Shown in pieces: positions 58,196-64,000 of a stretch of 64,000 nt of DNA; position 1 is the stretch's first letter; the number at the start of each line of letters is the position of its first letter. The notes under the pieces were generated by a model, which worked only from the letters and a program-made list of their open reading frames with translations, was not told the DNA's origin and did no database searches. Source of the stretch: Candidatus Omnitrophica bacterium CG11_big_fil_rev_8_21_14_0_20_41_12 (GTDB taxonomy: Bacteria > Omnitrophota > Gorgyraeia > Gygaellales > Profunditerraquicolaceae); the NCBI GenBank assembly GCA_002796135.1, contig PCWB01000027.1, positions 1,724-65,723 on the forward strand, given 5' to 3'. Made by a program: the position numbers and the translations under genes.

Positions 58196-59439
58196 TGTTT
58201 TAGCTCCCCCACTAAATCATACTCTAATGTATCAATAATTTTTACCCGGCAAAACTCTCCGGTCTTAAGTCTTCGATTAGTCTTGACATAGACTACTCCG
58301 TCTACTTCCGGAGCGTCAAACTGGCTACGTCCGATATAGGCACCATCTTGCTTATCTTCAATAAGCACATCCATACTCTGAGCCATAAATTTCTTATTTA
58401 ATTCAGCGGCTATTTTTTGCTGTTCGGACATAATCATATCAAACCTCTCTTCTTTGGCCTTCTTAGAGATCTGTCCGCCAAAGCAATAGGCCGGGGTATC
58501 CTCTTCCCGGGAATAAATAAAAGCGCCCAGCCTGTCGAATTTTACTTCCTTAATAAAATCTAAGAGTTCATTAAATTCTGCCTTAGTTTCCGAAGGAAAA
58601 CCGACGATCAGGGAGGTACGTAAACAAACCCCGGGAATAACCGACCTGATCTTCTTAATTAAAGCAATGATTTGCTCTTTGCTAAATCTACGGTTCATCA
58701 GCTTCAAGATACGGTTATTAATATGCTGAATCGGCAGATCAATATACTTGCAAACCCGCTTATTTTTCGCAATCAATTCAAGCAACTCTTCAGTGATCCT
58801 CTCGGGATGCAGATACAAAAGACGGATCCAGGAAATATCGGGAGAATTCTTGATTATCTTTTTCAAAAGAACGGCTAATTTGCTCTTGCCAGAGCTATCT
58901 ACGCCGAAACCGGTAATGTCCTGGCCGATAATATTGAGCTCGGAAATTTTTTCCCGGTTCAGCTGCCTGACTTTTTGAATGATTGTCTTCTCATCCAGGC
59001 TCTTCAGCCTTCCTTTAATCCGGGGAATTACGCAATAGCTGCAATTATTCAGGCATCCTTCACAAATTTTCAAATATGCATAATGCTTAGGGGTCAGAGC
59101 ATATCTCTTTAATCCATGATCCTGCTCAAGAGAACCGATGAAAGCATCAACTTCAGGCAGCTCATCCTTTAGATCTTTATAACGCTGCGGCAGACAACCG
59201 CAAACAATTATTTTTTTAAGTTTCCCCTGCTTCTTTAATTCTATTGTCTCAAGAATAGCATCAATTGATTCGCGCCTGGCCTCTTCAATAAAAGCGCAGG
59301 TATTCACCAGAGCAATTTGGGCTTTCCCTAAATCATCGACAATCGAATAACCTTTGGCGTGAAGCCTGCCAGCCAGGGTTTCAGCATCAACCAGATTCCG
59401 CGGACAGCCTAAAGACAGTATTCCCAATTTTTGTTTCAT
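58192..59439 (-). CDS. rimO: Ribosomal protein S12 methylthiotransferase RimO (MiaB-family radical SAM)
   Basis: N-terminal MTTase domain LSLGCPRNLVDAE, radical SAM CLNNCSYC, and a C-terminal TRAM domain. Confidence 0.85.
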   Translation of the reverse strand: MKQKLGILSLGCPRNLVDAETLAGRLHAKGYSIVDDLGKAQIALVNTCAFIEEARRESIDAILETIELKKQGKLKKIIVCGCLPQRYKDLKDELPEVDAFIGSLEQDHGLKRYALTPKHYAYLKICEGCLNNCSYCVIPRIKGRLKSLDEKTIIQKVRQLNREKISELNIIGQDITGFGVDSSGKSKLAVLLKKIIKNSPDISWIRLLYLHPERITEELLELIAKNKRVCKYIDLPIQHINNRILKLMNRRFSKEQIIALIKKIRSVIPGVCLRTSLIVGFPSETKAEFNELLDFIKEVKFDRLGAFIYSREEDTPAYCFGGQISKKAKEERFDMIMSEQQKIAAELNKKFMAQSMDVLIEDKQDGAYIGRSQFDAPEVDGVVYVKTNRRLKTGEFCRVKIIDTLEYDLVGELKQ

Positions 59440-60233
59440 CGAGGAGCTTTTAAACCGTCCTTGTTGATGAGGATATTTTTTAAAGGCTTACCGGGCCGAC
59501 CGAGATTAGAAATACGCTCATCATTAACCTGAAGTTCTACCGCACCGGCATCACTCAGAGTTAATTCAACTTTTTCTTTGGCATGCCAGGTCTGGCTTCT
59601 GCCGCGGGCAAGTACACCATGAAAGATTGTCTTTCCATCAGCCTTAGCAGATATCCATGATTTCTGGCGGGCGAATACTCCAACAATGATCTCCTGAGTC
59701 AGCCCTTTTTTCGCATCAGCCTGCTGCTTGACAGTATTATTTTTTGCCGACGTAAAAGCCATAAGAACCTTAGCTTTTTCTAAAGGAGTCTTACGCCGGC
59801 TTGACATAAATTTAACTAAATTAACAACTAAAAACAAGCAAACTAACGCTGATATTCCGATAATAATTATTTTTCTAAAATCATATAGTGGCTTTATCGT
59901 GCTCAGCTTAATTGAAGTATCTTTGATAAAAGAGGGTTTCTTTTCCATGCGCTCGCTACGCCCGCCTATCGGCCTGCCGATAGTGGCATTTAATACCGGT
60001 TTTTGCGTCGGATTAAGAGGTCCGGTATATTCTTTAGGATCAAGACCGAGAGCTGTGCAATAGATTTTGATAAAACCTTTAAGATAAATCGGACTTAGAT
60101 CCGAAATGCTATCGCCTTCAATTGCGCGCAGGACATTAGGATGGACCTTAGTCTTCTTCTGCATATCCTCAAGAGTCAACCCTCTCTCCTGACGAATCTT
60201 TTTTAACTTGGATCCGACTGCTTCGATATTCAT
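59436..60233 (-). CDS. rodZ: RodZ-like cytoskeleton protein (HTH-XRE plus TM plus DUF4115)
   Basis: N-terminal helix-turn-helix (LKKIRQERGLTLEDMQKKTKV), a single TM helix, and a C-terminal DUF4115-like beta domain. Confidence 0.6.
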   Translation of the reverse strand: MNIEAVGSKLKKIRQERGLTLEDMQKKTKVHPNVLRAIEGDSISDLSPIYLKGFIKIYCTALGLDPKEYTGPLNPTQKPVLNATIGRPIGGRSERMEKKPSFIKDTSIKLSTIKPLYDFRKIIIIGISALVCLFLVVNLVKFMSSRRKTPLEKAKVLMAFTSAKNNTVKQQADAKKGLTQEIIVGVFARQKSWISAKADGKTIFHGVLARGRSQTWHAKEKVELTLSDAGAVELQVNDERISNLGRPGKPLKNILINKDGLKAPR

Positions 60234-62416
60234 TGCTTATCAATCTCCCTGCCACTGGTTAAATCTTTCAGCCAGGCATCCCGATCAACTAAAATTTTTC
60301 GCGGTTTACTTCCTTCAAATTGCCCAACCAGCCCCTCCATCTCCATAGTATCGATAATCCGGGCAGCGCGAGTATATCCTAAACGCATCCGTCTTTGCAA
60401 TATAGAGACTGAGGCCTGATTGCTTTCCATAATCACGCGCACCGCTTCATCATAAAGCTCGTCTTTTTCCCCACCACTGCCTGAGCCGCCTTTATGCTGA
60501 TCCCTAAGGATCTGTTCATTATAAACCGGTTCAGCCTGAGCTTTAATAAACTCAACCACCCGCTCAATTTCAGCATCTTTAACTAAAGCCCCCTGGATAC
60601 GGATCAGGTCTTCTCTCCCGGGCTTTAAAAACAACATATCGCCTTTACCTAATAAACTCTCGGCTCCATTCATATCCAGGACAGTACGCGAATCCACCTT
60701 AGAAGCTACTTTAAAAGATACACGCGCCGGTAAATTCGCCTTGATCACTCCGGTAATAACATCAACACTCGGCCGCTGTGTCGCCAAAATTAAATGTATA
60801 CCCACTGCCCGCGACAATTGCGCCAGACGCGTAATCGCATTCTCAATCTGATCACGCGCCACGCTCATTAAATCCGCAAATTCATCCACCACAACAATAA
60901 TATAGGGAAGCTTCTCCTGCTTTTGATTATAAGCTTCGATATTTCTTGCCCCGGCGCCGGACAAAAGTACATAGCGGGATTCCATTTCAGAAACCACCCA
61001 ATTAAGCGCAACTGCTGCTTTCTTGGCATCGGTAACTACCGGGCATAAAAGATGCGGCAAGCCGTTAAAAGGCATCAGCTCCACCATCTTCGGATCAATC
61101 ATTAAAAATTTTAAATCATTAGGAGACTCTTTAAAGAGTAAAGAAAGAATGCATGTATTTACGCAAACGGTTTTACCCGAACCGGTAGTTCCGGCAATCA
61201 AAAGATGCGGCATATCATCTAAATCACCGAATATCGGTTTACCGGTAATATCCTTGCCTAAAGCTAATGTCAGAGCTGATTTTTGTTTATGAAAATCCGC
61301 ACAGTTAAGTAAATCTTTAATACAAACTAAAGCGCTGTGTAAATTCGGAACCTCAATCCCCACCCTCCCCTTGCCGGGAATCGGAGCAATAATTCTTATC
61401 GACTGGGCTTTGATCGCCAGAGAAATATCGTCGCTCAACGCTTCAATCCTGTTGATCTTGACTCCGGCAGCCGGTTCAAGTTCGTAACGGGTGATCACCG
61501 GTCCGCGGATAATGTCGGTAACTTTAGCAGAGATCCCGAAATCTTCCAAAGTATCTTCTAGGGTTCGGGCGCAGGCCTCAAGGTCCTCTTTCATTTGCTT
61601 GGTATCGGCTATAGGAGGCTCATCCAATAAATCTAAAGAAGGAAAATGATAGTCGCCGATTTTTAACTCAGCCGGTTTAATTCGGGCCGGCTCTATCTGC
61701 GGCTTATCTCTAATTTGAATTTTTAATTTAGGGGCAACTGCCTCAGGCATGAATATCTTAGGTTTAAGATTAGCAGCTTGAGCATTCTGATTCCTAGAGA
61801 ACAGTCCACCTTTGATAAGATTCGGTTTTACTTTTACTTCAGTAGCTTTGCGCTTATTCGGGGAAAAAGAAAAACCGCCAAAAAAAGATTTTAATTTTGT
61901 CGTAAATTTTGAAAAGAACGAAGAGATCAGCGCCTCGTTGATCAAAGCCCAATAAATAATAATAAAGCTGACAAAGATTATAACCGCCCCCAGCGGAGCA
62001 AAATACCTGGCTGCCGTAGATGAGCTAAAGGCCCCGAAAAGTCCGGCGGTACGAAACCTGATCAGATCGTTATGTAAATTAAACATCCCGATAAGCGAGC
62101 TGATGGAAATAAGCATCACCAACACACCGATGATCCGGGCAATGCTCAGATAAGGCTTTTCTTGACGAAAAAATTTTATCCCGAGTGTAATTATTAAAAA
62201 CGGAATGACGAAGCTGGTGATGCTACCGAAAAACCATACGATTACGTTTGCCAGATGAGCGCCAAAAATACCTAAGAAGTTATTAGGGGGGAAATTCGGA
62301 TTCGAGGTGTAAAAAGCAAGGTCCAGACGGTCAAAGCGGATCAGGCTGGCTAAAACCATCAGCCCTACTGCTACTAATATAACGCCTTTAACCTCATTTA
62401 ATCTTCTTTCTCTCAC
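60230..62416 (-). CDS. ftsK: DNA translocase FtsK
   Basis: Four N-terminal TM helices, a linker, an AAA-type motor (GTTGSGKTV), and a C-terminal gamma winged-helix. Confidence 0.9.
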   Translation of the reverse strand: MRERRLNEVKGVILVAVGLMVLASLIRFDRLDLAFYTSNPNFPPNNFLGIFGAHLANVIVWFFGSITSFVIPFLIITLGIKFFRQEKPYLSIARIIGVLVMLISISSLIGMFNLHNDLIRFRTAGLFGAFSSSTAARYFAPLGAVIIFVSFIIIYWALINEALISSFFSKFTTKLKSFFGGFSFSPNKRKATEVKVKPNLIKGGLFSRNQNAQAANLKPKIFMPEAVAPKLKIQIRDKPQIEPARIKPAELKIGDYHFPSLDLLDEPPIADTKQMKEDLEACARTLEDTLEDFGISAKVTDIIRGPVITRYELEPAAGVKINRIEALSDDISLAIKAQSIRIIAPIPGKGRVGIEVPNLHSALVCIKDLLNCADFHKQKSALTLALGKDITGKPIFGDLDDMPHLLIAGTTGSGKTVCVNTCILSLLFKESPNDLKFLMIDPKMVELMPFNGLPHLLCPVVTDAKKAAVALNWVVSEMESRYVLLSGAGARNIEAYNQKQEKLPYIIVVVDEFADLMSVARDQIENAITRLAQLSRAVGIHLILATQRPSVDVITGVIKANLPARVSFKVASKVDSRTVLDMNGAESLLGKGDMLFLKPGREDLIRIQGALVKDAEIERVVEFIKAQAEPVYNEQILRDQHKGGSGSGGEKDELYDEAVRVIMESNQASVSILQRRMRLGYTRAARIIDTMEMEGLVGQFEGSKPRKILVDRDAWLKDLTSGREIDKQ

Positions 62417-62425
62417 TTCTAAAAA

Positions 62426-64000
62426 TTAACTATCCGGTTGATCGGCTTCAGCCTGTTTTTTACTTAAGTTAATCCTGCCCAGCTCATCTACGCCGATAAC
62501 TTTAACTTTAAATTCATCGCCGACCTTAACGATATCATCGATCTTCTTCACAAAATCCTTAGATAACTCAGAAACATGCACCAGCCCCTCTTTACGGGGA
62601 GCAATCTCCACAAAAGCGCCAAACTGCATAATCCGCTTTACCTTACCAAAATAAACCCTGCCAACCTCTACCTCATCGGTAATTGCTTTGATCATTTTGA
62701 TCGCCGCGTCAGATTTTTCAGCATCAATGGAGCCGACTAAAACCGTACCGTCGTCTTTAATATCGATACTCGCTCCGGTGGAAGCAATGATTGCCTTGAT
62801 CGTCTTTCCGCCCGGCCCGATCAGCTCTCCGATTTTTTCGGTATTGATCTTTAAAACATCAATACGCGGAGCAAAGCTGGAGAGTTCCTCTCTGGGGCTT
62901 GTCAAAGCCTCACTCATCTTATCCAAAATAAATAATCTTCCTTCCTTGGATTGAGCAAGGCACTCTTTAAGCAAATCTAAAGATATGCCGTCAATTTTAA
63001 GATCCAATTGCACGGCAGTCACTCCGGTTTTGGTTCCGGCAACCTTAAAATCCATATCCCCGAAATGGTCTTCAAGTCCGGCGATATCCGTTAAAATTAT
63101 CGATTTATTACCTTCTTTAACTAACCCTAAAGCAACTCCTCCTACGGCTTCTTTAATCGGAACCCCGGCATCCATTAATGAAAGAGCCGCAGCGCAAACT
63201 GAAGCCATAGAGCTGGAACCGTTGGATTCTAAAATCTCTGAAACGACCCTGACCGTATAAGGAAATTTTTCTTTATTAGGCATCACGGCAAGCAAAGCCT
63301 TTTCCGCTAAAGCGCCATGTCCGATCTCACGCCTTCCGGGGCCGCGCACCGGCCGGGTTTCCCCTACGGAAAATGAAGGAAAATTATAATGTAACATAAA
63401 AGATTTCTTCTTCTCTCCGTCTAAAGACTCAAACCTCTGCTCATCTTCACCGGTTCCTAAAGTCGTTATCGCCAGAGCCTGCGTTTGTCCGCGGGTAAAA
63501 AGTCCTGTACCATGAGTACGCGGAAGCACAGAAACTTCACAAGCAATCGGACGGATCTCTTTAAAAGAACGGCCATCAATACGGATATTCTCATCGGTGA
63601 TCATTTTGCGGACCTGTCTTTTCTCTACTTCATGCAAACCGGTACTGATATCCGCAGCTAAAAATCCTTCTGTGGTTAATTGCGTTTCTAATTCTTTAGC
63701 CAACAAAGCTACGTTCTCTTCGCGATCTTCTTTTTTACTTAATTTATAAACTTTGGCTAATTTTTCTTTAGCTAAAGTTTCGATCTTCTGCATTAAAACA
63801 GGATCAATTAATTTAAGTTCGACTTTAGCTTTTGGCTGGCCATAAAGACGGGCAAACTCTTCCTGCAGCTTAAGTATAGGTTTCAAGCTAGCCATCCCGA
63901 ATTTTACCGCTTCAAGATATTGTTCTTCGGAAACTTCTTTGGCCCTTGATTCAAGCATGACTACGCCGCTTTTATTGGCCGCCACAACTACTTCTAAATC
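62426..64000 (-). CDS. pnp: Polyribonucleotide nucleotidyltransferase (PNPase). Only the C-terminal two-thirds is in the window; the 5' end lies beyond it.
   Basis: Second RNase PH domain, KH (IGELIGPGGKTIKAI) and S1 (GRVYFGKVKRIMQFGAFVEI) domains. The reading frame is open to the window edge, so the ATG at 63985 is an internal Met. Confidence 0.9.
   Translation of the reverse strand, partial: DLEVVVAANKSGVVMLESRAKEVSEEQYLEAVKFGMASLKPILKLQEEFARLYGQPKAKVELKLIDPVLMQKIETLAKEKLAKVYKLSKKEDREENVALLAKELETQLTTEGFLAADISTGLHEVEKRQVRKMITDENIRIDGRSFKEIRPIACEVSVLPRTHGTGLFTRGQTQALAITTLGTGEDEQRFESLDGEKKKSFMLHYNFPSFSVGETRPVRGPGRREIGHGALAEKALLAVMPNKEKFPYTVRVVSEILESNGSSSMASVCAAALSLMDAGVPIKEAVGGVALGLVKEGNKSIILTDIAGLEDHFGDMDFKVAGTKTGVTAVQLDLKIDGISLDLLKECLAQSKEGRLFILDKMSEALTSPREELSSFAPRIDVLKINTEKIGELIGPGGKTIKAIIASTGASIDIKDDGTVLVGSIDAEKSDAAIKMIKAITDEVEVGRVYFGKVKRIMQFGAFVEIAPRKEGLVHVSELSKDFVKKIDDIVKVGDEFKVKVIGVDELGRINLSKKQAEADQPDS

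Noticed and set aside
62426-63985. Treating the ATG at 63985 as the pnp start codon (519-aa protein)
   Set aside because: The frame stays open to the window edge and the first residues fall within the second RNase PH core of PNPase. The gene is therefore 5'-truncated by the window.

Overview
AT-rich bacterial chromosomal segment that is almost entirely core genome. Positions 1-55803 form one uninterrupted minus-strand gene array of about 60 genes, many with 1-4 nt overlaps.

Reading in the direction of transcription (high to low coordinates), the array holds:
- a riboflavin operon under an FMN riboswitch (ribBA-ribH-nusB-PHP phosphoesterase-ribD-ribE)
- a thiol peroxidase (Tpx)-pterin-4a-carbinolamine dehydratase (PCD) fusion gene
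- tRNA-Pro(CGG)
- acyP, ligA, an MBL-fold hydrolase, xerD, cca, rbfA, nrnA, ribF
- the dcw cluster behind a consensus sigma70 promoter carrying a triple GTGG-N5 MraZ operator: mraZ-rsmH-ftsL-ftsI-murE-murF-mraY-murD-ftsW-murG-(HExxH peptidase)-murC-murB-ddl-ftsQ-ftsA. No ftsZ follows ftsA; a GC-rich structured element of about 200 nt and a lipoprotein gene sit there instead.
- yggS, proC, mtnP, ileS, a dksA/traR-like gene, lspA, lgt, rluD, a coiled-coil membrane protein, aroA
- the elongasome: mreB-mreC-mreD-mrdA-rodA
- a radical SAM protein
- a c-di-GMP module: HAMP-GAF-degenerate GGDEF, a standalone MshEN-domain protein, and an HD-GYP phosphodiesterase with a pseudo-receiver
- type IV pilus motor genes interleaved with that module: two tandem pilB/gspE ATPases and pilC (3' partial)

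A divergent promoter region at 56083-56143 separates this array from cinA-C/pncC and thpR on the plus strand. Beyond them, pgpA, pgsA, rimO, a rodZ-like gene, ftsK and pnp (5' partial) are on the minus strand.

No mobile elements, CRISPR arrays or defence islands were seen. The most unusual features are the elongasome/c-di-GMP/T4P super-operon, the Tpx-PCD fusion, and the missing ftsZ with the structured GC-rich element.
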